Assembly: GCA_964016885.1 (NCBI GenBank)
Contig: OZ024744.1
Span: 39,928,001 to 39,992,000, forward strand
DNA from: Eledone cirrhosa
Lineage: Eukaryota
Length of the DNA: 64,000 bases
Direction: 5' to 3'
The translations under genes were made by a program, and so were the position numbers. The notes beneath the pieces were generated by a model that worked only from the letters and a program-made list of their open reading frames with translations, did no database searches and was not told where the DNA came from. Positions 44,001 to 59,621 of the stretch are shown piece by piece. Each line of letters opens with the position of its first letter. Positions within the stretch are counted from its first letter, which is position 1.

Positions 44001-47000
44001 TTGTTGATCCTACCCTAATGTTGACACATATTGTTGATCCTACACTGATGTTGACACCTATTGTTGATGCTACCCTAATGTTGCCACCTATTGTTGATCC
44101 TACCCTGATATTGACACCTATTGTTGATGCTACCCTAATGTTGACACCTATTGTTGATCCTACCCTAATGTTGACACCTATTGTTGATCCTATCCTGATG
44201 TTGATACATATTGTTGATCCTACCCTAATGTTGACACCTATTGTTGATCCTACCCTAATGTTGACACATATTGTTGATCCTACACTGATGTTGACACCTA
44301 TTGTTGATGCTACCCTAATGTTGCCACATATTTTTGATCCTACCCTAATGTTGACACCTATTGTTGATCCTACCATAATGTTGACACCTATTGTTGGTTC
44401 TACCCTGATGTTGACACCTATTGTTGATCCTACCCTGATATTGACACCTATTGTTGATCCTACCCTGATGTTGACATCTATCGTTGATCCTAATGTAATG
44501 TTGACACCTATCGTTGATCCTACCCTAATGTTGACACCTATTGTTGATCCTACCTAATGTTGACACCTATTGTTGATCCTATTCTGATGTTGATACATAT
44601 TGTTGATACTACCCTAATGTTGACACATATTGTGGGTCCTGCCCTAATGTTGACACATATTGTTGATCCTACCCCGATGTTGATACCTATTGTTGATCCT
44701 ACCCTAATGTTGACACCTATTGTTGATCCTACCCTAATGATGACACATATTGTTGATCCTACTCTAATGTTGACACATATTGTTGATCCTACACTGATGT
44801 TAACACCTATTGTTGATCCTACCCTAATGTTGACACATATTGTTCATCCTCTCTAATGTTTACACATATTGTTGATCCTACCCCAATGTTGACACCTATT
44901 GTTTATCCTACCCCAATGTTGACACCTATTGTTGATCCTAACCTAATGTTGACACCTATTGTTGATCCTATCCTAATGTTGACACATATTGTGGATTCTA
45001 CCCTAATGTTGACACATATTGTTGATCCTACCCTAATGTTGACACATATTGTTGATCCTACCCTAATGTTCACACATATTATTGATCCAACTCTAATGTT
45101 GACACATATTGGTGATCCTACCCTAATGTTGACACATATTGTTGATCCTACCCTAATGTTGACACCTATTGTTGATCCTATCCTGATGTTGATACATATT
45201 GTTGATCCTACCCTAATGTTGACACCTATTGTTGATCCTACCCTAATGTTGACACATATTGTTGATCCTACACTGATGTTGACACCTATTGTTGATGCTA
45301 CCCTAATGTTGCCACATATTGTTGATCCTACCCTGATATTGACACCTATTGTTGATGCTACCCTAATGTTGACACCTATTGTTGATCCTATCCTAATGTT
45401 GACACCTATTGTTGATCCTATCCTGATGTTGATACATATTGTTGATCCTACCCTAATGTTGACACCTATTGTTGATCCTACCCTAATGTTGACACATATT
45501 GTTGATCCTACACTGATGTTGACACCTATTGTTGATGCTACCCTAATGTTGCCACATATTGTTGATCCTACCCTAATGTTGACACCTATTGTTGATCCTA
45601 CCCTAATGTTGACACCTATTGTTGGTCCTACCCTGATGTTGACACCTATTGTTGATCCTACCCTGATATTGACACCTATTGTTGATCCTACCCTGATGTT
45701 GACATCTATCGTTGATCCTAACCTAATGTTGACACCTATTGTTGATCCTACCCTAATGTTGACACCTATTGTTGATCCTACCCTAATGTTGACACCTATT
45801 GTTGATCCTATTCTGATGTTGATACATATTGTTGATCCTACCCTAATGTTGACACATATTGTGGGTCCTGCCCTAATGTTGACACATATTGTTGATCCTA
45901 CCATAATGTTGACACATATTGTTGATCCTACCCTGATGTTGATACCTATTGTTGATCCTACCCTAATGTTGACACCTATTGTTGATCCTACCCTAATGAT
46001 GACACATATTGTTGATCCTACTCTAATGTTGACACATATTGTTGATCCTACACTGATGTTAACACCTATTGTTGATCCTACCCTAATGTTGACACATATT
46101 GTTGATCCTACCCTAATGTTGACACATAATGTTGATCCTACCCTAATGTTGACACCTATTGTTGATCCTACCCTAATGTTGACACATATTGTTGATCCTA
46201 CACTGATGTTGACACCTATTGTTGATGCTACCCTAATGTTGCCACATATTGTTGATCCTACCCTAATGTTGACACCTATTGTTGGTCCTACCCTGATGTT
46301 GACACCTATTGTTGATCCTACCCTGATATTGACACCTATTGTTGATCCTACCCTGATGTTGACATCTATCGTTGATCCTAACCTAATGTTGACACCTATC
46401 GTTGATCCTACCCTAATGTTGACACCTATTGTTGATCCTACCTAATGTTGACACCTATTGTTGATCCTATTCTGATGTTGATACATATTGTTGATACTAC
46501 TCTAATGTTGACACATATTGTGGGTCCTGCCCTAATGTTGACACATATTGTTGATCCTACCCTGATGTTGATACCTATTGTTGATCCTACCCTAATGTTG
46601 ACACCTATTGTTGATCCTACCCTAATGATGACACATATTGTTGATCCTACTCTAATGTTGACACATATTGTTGATCCTACACTGATGTTAACACCTATTG
46701 TTGATCCTACCCTAATGTTGACACATATTGTTCATCCTCTCTAATGTTTACACATATTGTTGATCCTACCCCAATGTTGACACCTATTGTTTATCCTACC
46801 CCAATGTTGACACCTATTGTTGATCCTAACCTAATGTTGACACCTATTGTTGATCCTATCCTAATGTTGACACATATTGTGGATTCTACCCTAATGTTGA
46901 CACATATTGTTGATCCTACCCTAATGTTGACACATATTGTTGATCCTACCCTAATGTTCACACATATTATTGATCCCACTCTAATGTTGACACATATTGG

Positions 47001-48575
47001 TGATCCTACCCTAATGTTGACACATATTGTTGATCCTACCCTAATGTTGACACCTATTGTTGATCCTATCCTGATGTTGATACATATTGTTGATCCTACC
47101 CTAATGTTGACACCTATTGTTGATCCTACCCTAATGTTGACACATATTGTTGATCCTACACTGATGTTGACACCTATTGTTGATGCTACCCTAATGTTGC
47201 CACCTATTGTTGATCCTACCCTGATATTGACACCTATTGTTGATGCTACCCTAATGTTGACACCTATTGTTGATCCTACCCTAATGTTGACACCTATTGT
47301 TGATCCTATCCTGATGTTGATACATATTGTTGATCCTACCCTAATGTTGACACATATTGTTGATCCTACCCTAATGTTCACACATATTATTGATCCCACT
47401 CTAATGTTGACACATATTGGTGATCCTACCCTAATGTTGACACATATTGTTGATCCTACCCTAATGTTGACACCTATTGTTGATCCTATCCTGATGTTGA
47501 CACATATTGTTGATCCTACCCTAATGTTGACACCTATTGTTGATCCTACCCTAATGTTGACACATATTGTTGATCCTACACTGATGTTGACACCTATTGT
47601 TGATGCTACCCTAATGTTGCCACCTATTGTTGATCCTACCCTGATATTGACACCTATTGTTGATGCTACCCTAATGTTGACACCTATTGTTGATCCTACC
47701 CTAATGTTGACACCTATTGTTGATCCTATCCTGATGTTGATACATATTGTTGATCCTACCCTAATGTTGACACCTATTGTTGATCCTACCCTAATGTTGA
47801 CACATATTGTTGATCCTACACTGATGTTGACACCTATTGTTGATGCTACCCTAATGTTGCCACATATTTTTGATCCTACCCTAATGTTGACACCTATTGT
47901 TGATCCTACCATAATGTTGACACCTATTGTTGGTTCTACCCTGATGTTGACACCTATTGTTGATCCTACCCTGATATTGACACCTATTGTTGATCCTACC
48001 CTGATGTTGACATCTATCGTTGATCCTAACCTAATGTTGACACCTATTGTTGATCCTATCCTGATGTTGATACATATTGTTGATCCTACCCTAATGTTGA
48101 CACCTATTGTTGATCCTACCCTAATGTTGACACATATTGTTGATCCTACACTGATGTTGACACCACCCTAATGTTGCCACCTATTGTTGATCCTACCCTG
48201 ATATTGACACCTATTGTTGATGCTACCCTAATGTTGACACCTATTGTTGATCCTACCCTAATGTTGACACCTATTGTTGATCCTATCCTGATGTTGATAC
48301 ATATTGTTGATCCTACCCTAATGTTGACACATATTGTTGATCCTACCCTAATGTTCACACATATTATTGATCCCACTCTAATGTTGACACATATTGGTGA
48401 TCCTACCCTAATGTTGACACATATTGTTGATCCTACCCTAATGTTGACACCTATTGTTGATCCTATCCTGATGTTGATACATATTGTTGATCCTACCCTA
48501 ATGTTGACACCTATTGTTGATCCTACCCTAATGTTGACACATATTGTTGATCCTACACTGATGTTGACACCTATT
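38005..48575 (+). repeat. Tandem duplication of 5083 bp
   Basis: Constant 5083 offset for ORF starts 39474/44557, 39773/44856, 41362/46445, 41661/46744 and 43088/48171, for CCGATG at 39591/44674, ACG at 38461/43544, and the 13-bp deletion at 43081/48164. Confidence 0.92.
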
Positions 48576-51500
48576 GTTGAAGCTACCCTAATGTTGCCAC
48601 CTATTGTTGATCCTACCCTGATATTGACACCTATTGTTGATGCTACCCTAATGTTGACACCTATTGTTGATCCTACCCTAATGTTGACACCTATTGTTGA
48701 TCCTATCCTGATGTTGATACATATTGTTGATCCTACCCTAATGTTGACACCTATTGTTGATCCTACCCTAATGTTGACACATATTGTTGATCCTACACTG
48801 ATGTTGACACCTATTGTTGATGCTACCCTAATGTTGCCACATATTTTTGATCCTACCCTAATGTTGACACCTATTGTTGATCCTACCATAATGTTGACAC
48901 CTATTGTTGGTTCTACCTTGATGTTGACACCTATTGTTGATCCTACCCTCATATTGACACCTATTGTTGATCCTACCCTGATGTTGACATCTATCGTTGA
49001 TCCTAACCTAATGTTGACACCTATTGTTGATCCTACCCTAATGTTGACACCTATTGTTGATCCTATCCTGATGTTGATACATATTGTTGATCCTACCCTA
49101 ATGTTGACACATATTGTGGGTCCTGCCCTAATGTTGACACATATTGTTGATCCTACCCTAATGTTGACACATATTGTTGATCCTACCCTGATGTTGATAC
49201 CTATTGTTGATCCTACTCTAATGTTGACACCTATTGTTGATCCTACCCTAATGATGACACATATTGTTGATCCTACTCTAATGTTGACACATATTGTTGA
49301 TCCTACACTGATGTTAACACCTATTGTTGATCCTACCCTAATGTTGACACATATTGTTCATCCTCTCTAATGTTTACACATATTGTTGATCCTACCCCAA
49401 TGTTGACACCTATTGTTTATCCTACCCCAATGTTGACACCTATTGTTGATCCTAACCTAATGTTGACACCTATTGTTGATCCTATCCTAATGTTGACACA
49501 TATTGTGGATTCTACCCTAATGTTGACACATATTGTTGATCCTACCCTAATGTTGACACATATTGTTGATCCTACCCTAATGTTCACACATATTATTGAT
49601 CCAACTCTAATGTTGACACATATTGGTGATCCTACCCTAATGTTGACACATATTGTTGATCCTACCCTAATGTTGACACCTATTGTTGATCCTATCCTGA
49701 TGTTGATACATATTGTTGATCCTACCCTAATGTTGACACCTATTGTTGATCCTACCCTAATGTTGACACATATTGTTGATCCTACACTGATGTTGACACC
49801 TATTGTTGATGCTACCCTAATGTTGCCACATATTGTTGATCCTACCCTGATATTGACACCTATTGTTGATGCTACCCTAATGTTGACACCTATTGTTGAT
49901 CCTACCCTAATGTTGACACCTATTGTTGATCCTATCCTGATGTTGATACATATTGTTGATCCTACCCTAATGTTGACACCTATTGTTGATCCTACCCTAA
50001 TGTTGACACATATTGTTGATCCTACACTGATGTTGACACCTATTGTTGATGCTACCCTAATGTTGCCACATATTGTTGATCCTACCCTAATGTTGACACC
50101 TATTGTTGATCCTACACTAATGTTGACACCTATTGTTGGTCCTACCCTGATGTTGACACCTATTGTTGATCCTACCCTGATATTGACACCTATTGTTGAT
50201 CCTACCCTGATGTTGACATCTATCGTTGATCCTAACCTAATATTGACACCTATTGTTGATCCTACCCTAATGTTGACACCTATTGTTGATCCTACCCTAA
50301 TGTTGACACCTATTGTTGATCCTATCCTGATGTTGATACATATTGTTGATCCTACCCTAATGTTGACACATATTGTGGGTCCTGCCCTAATGTTGACACA
50401 TATTGTTGATCCTACCCTAATGTTGACACATATTGTTGATCCTACCCTGATGTTGATACCTATTGTTGATCCTACCCTAATGTTGACACCTATTGTTGAT
50501 CCTACCCTAATGATGACACATATTGTTGATCCTACTCTAATGTTGACACATATTGTTGATCCTACACTGATGTTAACACCTATTGTTGATCCTACCCTAA
50601 TGTTGACACATATTGTTGATCCTACCCTAATGTTGACACATATTGTTGATCCTACCCTAATCTTGACACATATTGTTGATCCTACCCTAATGTTGACACC
50701 TATTGTTGATCCTACCCTAATGTTGACACATATTGTTGATCCTACACTGATGTTGACACCTATTGTTGATGCTACCCTAATGTTGCCACATATTGTTGAT
50801 CCTACCCTAATGTTGACACCTATTGTTGGTCCTACCCTGATGTTGACACCTATTGTTGATCCTACCCTGATATTGACACCTATTGTTGATCCTACCCTGA
50901 TGTTGACATCTATCGTTGATCCTAATGTAATGTTGACACCTATCGTTGATCCTACCCTAATGTTGACACCTATTGTTGATCCTACCTAATGTTGACACCT
51001 ATTGTTGATCCTATTCTGATGTTGATACATATTGTTGATACTACCCTAATGTTGACACATATTGTGGGTCCTGCCCTAATGTTGACACATATTGTTGATC
51101 CTACCCTGATGTTGATACCTATTGTTGATCCTACCCTAATGTTGACACCTATTGTTGATCCTACCCTAATGATGACACATATTGTTGATCCTACTCTAAT
51201 GTTGACACATATTGTTGATCCTACACTGATGTTAACACCTATTGTTGATCCTACCCTAATGTTGACACATATTGTTCATCCTCTCTAATGTTTACACATA
51301 TTGTTGATCCTACCCCAATGTTGACACCTATTGTTTATCCTACCCCAATGTTGACACCTATTGTTGATCCTAACCTAATGTTGACACCTATTGTTGATCC
51401 TATCCTAATGTTGACACATATTGTGGATTCTACCCTAATGTTGACACATATTGTTGATCCTACCCTAATGTTGACACATATTGTTGATCCTACCCTAATG

Positions 51501-54500
51501 TTCACACATATTATTGATCCCACTCTAATGTTGACACATATTGGTGATCCTACCCTAATGTTGACACATATTGTTGATCCTACCCTAATGTTGACACCTA
51601 TTGTTGATCCTATCCTGATGTTGATACATATTGTTGATCCTACCCTAATGTTGACACCTATTGTTGATCCTACCCTAATGTTGACACATATTGTTGATCC
51701 TACACTGATGTTGACACCTATTGTTGATGCTACCCTAATGTTGCCACCTATTGTTGATCCTACCCTGATATTGACACCTATTGTTGATGCTACCCTAATG
51801 TTGACACCTATTGTTGATCCTACCCTAATGTTGACACCTATTGTTGATCCTATCCTGATGTTGATACATATTGTTGATCCTACCCTAATGTTGACACATA
51901 TTGTTGATCCTACCCTAATGTTCACACATATTATTGATCCCACTCTAATGTTGACACATATTGGTGATCCTACCCTAATGTTGACACATATTGTTGATCC
52001 TACTCTAATGTTGACACCTATTGTTGATCCTATCCTGATGTTGATACATATTGTTGATCCTACCCTAATGTTGACACCTATTGTTGATCCTACCCTAATG
52101 TTGACACATATTGTTGATCCTACACTGATGTTGACACCTATTGTTGATGCTACCCTAATGTTGCCACCTATTGTTGATCCTACCCTGATATTGACACCTA
52201 TTGTTGATGCTACCCTAATGTTGACACCTATTGTTGATCCTACCCTAATGTTGACACCTATTGTTGATCCTATCCTGATGTTGATACATATTGTTGATCC
52301 TACCCTAATGTTGACACCTATTGTTGATCCTACCCTAATGTTGACACATATTGTTGATCCTACACTGATGTTGACACCTATTGTTGATGCTACCCTAATG
52401 TTGCCACATATTTTTGATCCTACCCTAATGTTGACACCTATTGTTGATCCTACCATAATGTTGACACCTATTGTTGGTTCTACCCTGATGTTGACACCTA
52501 TTGTTGATCCTACCCTGATATTGACACCTATTGTTGATCCTACCCTGATGTTGACATCTATCGTTGATCCTAACCTAATGTTGACACCTATTGTTGATCC
52601 TATCCTGATGTTGATACATATTGTTGATCCTACCCTAATGTTGACACCTATTGTTGATCCTACCCTAATGTTGACACATATTGTTGATCCTACACTGATG
52701 TTGACACCTATTGTTGATGCTACCCTAATGTTGCCACCTATTGTTGATCCTACCCTGATATTGACACCTATTGTTGATGCTACCCTAATGTTGACACCTA
52801 TTGTTGATCCTACCCTAATGTTGACACCTATTGTTGATCCTATCCTGATGTTGATACATATTGTTGATCCTACCCTAATGTTGACACATATTGTTGATCC
52901 TACCCTAATGTTCACACATATTATTGATCCCACTCTAATGTTGACACATATTGGTGATCCTACCCTAATGTTGACACATATTGTTGATCCTACCCTAATG
53001 TTGACACCTATTGTTGATCCTATCCTGATGTTGATACATATTGTTGATCCTACCCTAATGTTGACACCTATTGTTGATCCTACCCTAATGTTGACACATA
53101 TTGTTGATCCTACACTGATGTTGACACCTATTGTTGATGCTACCCTAATGTTGCCACCTATTGTTGATCCTACCCTGATATTGACACCTATTGTTGATGC
53201 TACCCTAATGTTGACACCTATTGTTGATCCTACCCTAATGTTGACACCTATTGTTGATCCTATCCTGATGTTGATACATATTGTTGATCCTACCCTAATG
53301 TTGACACCTATTGTTGATCCTACCCTAATGTTGACACATATTGTTGATCCTACATTGATGTTGACACCTATTGTTGATGCTACCCTAATGTTGCCACATA
53401 TTTTTGATCCTACCCTAATGTTGACACCTATTGTTGATCCTACCATAATGTTGACACCTATTGTTGGTTCTACCTTGATGTTGACACCTATTGTTGATCC
53501 TACCCTCATATTGACACCTATTGTTGATCCTACCCTGATGTTGACATCTATCGTTGATCCTAACCTAATGTTGACACCTATTGTTGATCCTACCCTAATG
53601 TTGACACCTATTGTTGATCCTATCCTGATGTTGATACATATTGTTGATCCTACCCTAATGTTGACACATATTGTGGGTCCTGCCCTAATGTTGACACATA
53701 TTGTTGATCCTACCCTAATGTTGACACATATTGTTGATCCTACCCTGATGTTGATACCTATTGTTGATCCTACTCTAATGTTGACACCTATTGTTGATCC
53801 TACCCTAATGATGACACATATTGTTGATCCTACTCTAATGTTGACACATATTGTTGATCCTACACTGATGTTAACACCTATTGTTGATCCTACCCTAATG
53901 TTGACACATATTGTTCATCCTCTCTAATGTTTACACATATTGTTGATCCTACCCCAATGTTGACACCTATTGTTTATCCTACCCCAATGTTGACACCTAT
54001 TGTTGATCCTAACCTAATGTTGACACCTATTGTTGATCCTATCCTAATGTTGACACATATTGTGGATTCTACCCTAATGTTGACACATATTGTTGATCCT
54101 ACCCTAATGTTGACACATATTGTTGATCCTACCCTAATGTTCACACATATTATTGATCCAACTCTAATGTTGACACATATTGGTGATCCTACCCTAATGT
54201 TGACACATATTGTTGATCCTACCCTAATGTTGACACCTATTGTTGATCCTATCCTGATGTTGATACATATTGTTGATCCTACCCTAATGTTGACACCTAT
54301 TGTTGATCCTACCCTAATGTTGACACATATTGTTGATCCTACACTGATGTTGACACCTATTGTTGATGCTACCCTAATGTTGCCACATATTGTTGATCCT
54401 ACCCTGATATTGACACCTATTGTTGATGCTACCCTAATGTTGACACCTATTGTTGATCCTACCCTAATGTTGACACCTATTGTTGATCCTATCCTGATGT

Positions 54501-56000
54501 TGATACATATTGTTGATCCTACCCTAATGTTGACACCTATTGTTGATCCTACCCTAATGTTGACACATATTGTTGATCCTACACTGATGTTGACACCTAT
54601 TGTTGATGCTACCCTAATGTTGCCACATATTGTTGATCCTACCCTAATGTTGACACCTATTGTTGATCCTACACTAATGTTGACACCTATTGTTGGTCCT
54701 ACCCTGATGTTGACACCTATTGTTGATCCTACCCTGATATTGACACCTATTGTTGATCCTACCCTGATGTTGACATCTATCGTTGATCCTAACCTAATAT
54801 TGACACCTATTGTTGATCCTACCCTAATGTTGACACCTATTGTTGATCCTACCCTAATGTTGACACCTATTGTTGATCCTATCCTGATGTTGATACATAT
54901 TGTTGATCCTACCCTAATGTTGACACATATTGTGGGTCCTGCCCTAATGTTGACACATATTGTTGATCCTACCCTAATGTTGACACCTATTGTTGATCCT
55001 ACCCTAATGATGACACATATTGTTGATCCTACTCTAATGTTGACACATATTGTTGATCCTACACTGATGTTAACACCTATTGTTGATCCTACCCTAATGT
55101 TGACACATATTGTTGATCCTACCCTAATGTTGACACATATTGTTGATCCTACCCTAATCTTGACACATATTGTTGATCCTACCCTAATGTTGACACCTAT
55201 TGTTGATCCTACCCTAATGTTGACACATATTGTTGATCCTACACTGATGTTGACACCTATTGTTGATGCTACCCTAATGTTGCCACATATTGTTGATCCT
55301 ACCCTAATGTTGACACCTATTGTTGGTCCTACCCTGATGTTGACACCTATTGTTGATCCTACCCTGATATTGACACCTATTGTTGATCCTACCCTGATGT
55401 TGACATCTATCGTTGATCCTAATGTAATGTTGACACCTATCGTTGATCCTACCCTAATGTTGACACCTATTGTTGATCCTACCTAATGTTGACACCTATT
55501 GTTGATCCTATTCTGATGTTGATACATATTGTTGATACTACCCTAATGTTGACACATATTGTGGGTCCTGCCCTAATGTTGACACATATTGTTGATCCTA
55601 CCCTGATGTTGATACCTATTGTTGATCCTACCCTAATGTTGACACCTATTGTTGATCCTACCCTAATGATGACACATATTGTTGATCCTACTCTAATGTT
55701 GACACATATTGTTGATCCTACACTGATGTTAACACCTATTGTTGATCCTACCCTAATGTTGACACATATTGTTCATCCTCTCTAATGTTTACACATATTG
55801 TTGATCCTACCCCAATGTTGACACCTATTGTTTATCCTACCCCAATGTTGACACCTATTGTTGATCCTAACCTAATGTTGACACCTATTGTTGATCCTAT
55901 CCTAATGTTGACACATATTGTGGATTCTACCCTAATGTTGACACATATTGTTGATCCTACCCTAATGTTGACACATATTGTTGATCCTACCCTAATGTTC
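48171..56000 (+). repeat. Tandem duplication with 4557-bp offset (4497 after a two-monomer loss); ends approximate
   Basis: Linked rare variants ACCTTGATG and ACCCTCATA (CTC at 48948/53505). ORF starts 49370/53927 and 50989/55486. Confidence 0.85.
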
Positions 56001-59000
56001 ACACATATTATTGATCCAACTCTAATGTTGACACATATTGGTGATCCTACCCTAATGTTGACACATATTGTTGATCCTACCCTAATGTTGACACCTATTG
56101 TTGATCCTATCCTGATGTTGATACATATTGTTGATCCTACCCTAATGTTGACACCTATTGTTGATCCTACCCTAATGTTGACACATATTGTTGATCCTAC
56201 ACTGATGTTGACACCTATTGTTGATGCTACCCTAATGTTGCCACATATTGTTGATCCTACCCTGATATTGACACCTATTGTTGATGCTACCCTAATGTTG
56301 ACACCTATTGTTGATCCTACCCTAATGTTGACACCTATTGTTGATCCTATCCTGATGTTGATACATATTGTTGATCCTACCCTAATGTTGACACCTATTG
56401 TTGATCCTACCCTAATGTTGACACATATTGTTGATCCTACACTGATGTTGACACCTATTGTTGATGCTACCCTAATGTTGCCACATATTGTTGATCCTAC
56501 CCTAATGTTGACACCTATTGTTGATCCTACACTAATGTTGACACCTATTGTTGGTCCTACCCTGATGTTGACACCTATTGTTGATCCTACCCTGATATTG
56601 ACACCTATTGTTGATCCTACCCTGATGTTGACATCTATCGTTGATCCTAACCTAATATTGACACCTATTGTTGATCCTACCCTAATGTTGACACCTATTG
56701 TTGATCCTACCCTAATGTTGACACCTATTGTTGATCCTATCCTGATGTTGATACATATTGTTGATCCTACCCTAATGTTGACACATATTGTGGGTCCTGC
56801 CCTAATGTTGACACATATTGTTGATCCTACCCTAATGTTGACACATATTGTTGATCCTACCCTGATGTTGATACCTATTGTTGATCCTACCCTAATGTTG
56901 ACACCTATTGTTGATCCTACCCTAATGATGACACATATTGTTGATCCTACTCTAATGTTGACACATATTGTTGATCCTACACTGATGTTAACACCTATTG
57001 TTGATCCTACCCTAATGTTGACACATATTGTTGATCCTACCCTAATGTTGACACATATTGTTGATCCTACCCTAATCTTGACACATATTGTTGATCCTAC
57101 CCTAATGTTGACACCTATTGTTGATCCTACCCTAATGTTGACACATATTGTTGATCCTACACTGATGTTGACACCTATTGTTGATGCTACCCTAATGTTG
57201 CCACATATTGTTGATCCTACCCTAATGTTGACACCTATTGTTGGTCCTACCCTGATGTTGACACCTATTGTTGATCCTACCCTGATATTGACACCTATTG
57301 TTGATCCTACCCTGATGTTGACATCTATCGTTGATCCTAATGTAATGTTGACACCTATCGTTGATCCTACCCTAATGTTGACACCTATTGTTGATCCTAC
57401 CTAATGTTGACACCTATTGTTGATCCTATTCTGATGTTGATACATATTGTTGATACTACCCTAATGTTGACACATATTGTGGGTCCTGCCCTAATGTTGA
57501 CACATATTGTTGATCCTACCCTGATGTTGATACCTATTGTTGATCCTACCCTAATGTTGACACCTATTGTTGATCCTACCCTAATGATGACACATATTGT
57601 TGATCCTACTCTAATGTTGACACATATTGTTGATCCTACACTGATGTTAACACCTATTGTTGATCCTACCCTAATGTTGACACATATTGTTCATCCTCTC
57701 TAATGTTTACACATATTGTTGATCCTACCCCAATGTTGACACCTATTGTTTATGCTACCCCAATGTTGACACCTATTGTTGATCCTAACCTAATGTTGAC
57801 ACCTATTGTTGATCCTATCCTAATGTTGACACATATTGTGGATTCTACCCTAATGTTGACACATATTGTTGATCCTACCCTAATGTTGACACATATTGTT
57901 GATCCTACCCTAATGTTCACACATATTATTGATCCAACTCTAATGTTGACACATATTGGTGATCCTACCCTAATGTTGACACATATTGTTGATCCTACCC
58001 TAATGTTGACACCTATTGTTGATCCTATCCTGATGTTGATACATATTGTTGATCCTACCCTAATGTTGACACCTATTGTTGATCCTACCCTAATGTTGAC
58101 ACATATTGTTGATCCTACACTGATGTTGACACCTATTGTTGATGCTACACTAATGTTGCCACATATTGTTGATCCTACCCTGATATTGACACCTATTGTT
58201 GATGCTACCCTAATGTTGACACCTATTGTTGATCCTACCCTAATGTTGACACCTATTGTTGATCCTATCCTGATGTTGATACATATTGTTGATCCTACCC
58301 TAATGTTGACACCTATTGTTGATCCTACCCTAATGTTGACACATATTGTTGATCCTACACTGATGTTGACACCTATTGTTGATGCTACCCTAATGTTGCC
58401 ACATATTGTTGATCCTACCCTAATGTTGACACCTATTGTTGATCCTACCCTAATGTTGACACCTATTGTTGGTCCTACCCTGATGTTGACACCTATTGTT
58501 GATCCTACCCTGATATTGACACCTATTGTTGATCCTACCCTGATGTTGACATCTATCGTTGATCCTAACCTAATGTTGACACCTATTGTTGATCCTACCC
58601 TAATGTTGACACCTATTGTTGATCCTACCCTAATGTTGACACCTATTGTTGATCCTATTCTTATGTTGATACATATTGTTGATCCTACCCTAATGTTGAC
58701 ACATATTGTGGGTCCTGCCCTAATGTTGACACATATTGTTGATCCTACCATAATGTTGACACATATTGTTGATCCTACCCTGATGTTGATACCTATTGTT
58801 GATCCTACCCTAATGTTGACACCTATTGTTGATCCTACCCTAATGATGACACATATTGTTGATCCTACTCTAATGTTGACACATATTGTTGATCCTACAC
58901 TGATGTTAACACCTATTGTTGATCCTACCCTAATGTTGACACATATTGTTGATCCTACCCTAATGTTGACACATAATGTTGATCCTACCCTAATGTTGAC

Positions 59001-59621
59001 ACATAATGTTGATCCTACCCTAATGTTGACACCTATTGTTGATCCTACCCTAATGTTGACACATATTGTTGATCCTACACTGATGTTGACACCTATTGTT
59101 GATGCTACCCTAATGTTGCCGCATATTGTTGATCCTACCCTAATGTTGACACCTATTGTTGGTCCTACCCTGATGTTGACACCTATTGTTGATCCTACCC
59201 TGATATTGACACCTATTGTTGATCCTACCCTGATGTTGACATCTATCGTTGATCCTAACCTAATGTTGACACCTATCGTTGATCCTACCCTAATGTTGAC
59301 ACCTATTGTTGATCCTACCTAATGTTGACACCTATTGTTGATCCTATTCTGATGTTGATACATATTGTTGATACTACCCTAATGTTGACACATATTGTGG
59401 GTCCTGCCCTAATGTTGACACATATTGTTGATCCTACCCTGATGTTGATACCTATTGTTGATCCTACCCTAATGTTGACACCTATTGTTGATCCTACCCT
59501 AATGATGACACATATTGTTGATCCTACTCTAATGTTGACACATATTGTTGATCCTACACTGATGTTAACACCTATTGTTGATCCTACCCTAATGTTGACA
59601 CATATTGTTCATCCTCTCTAA
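53927..59621 (+). repeat. Run of ~1.9-kb higher-order units (1918 bp = 64 monomers minus 2 bp)
   Basis: Cassette starts 55486, 57404 and 59322, and 55785, 57703 and 59621, are spaced exactly 1918 bp. The interval 53927 to 55785 is 1858 bp. Confidence 0.88.
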
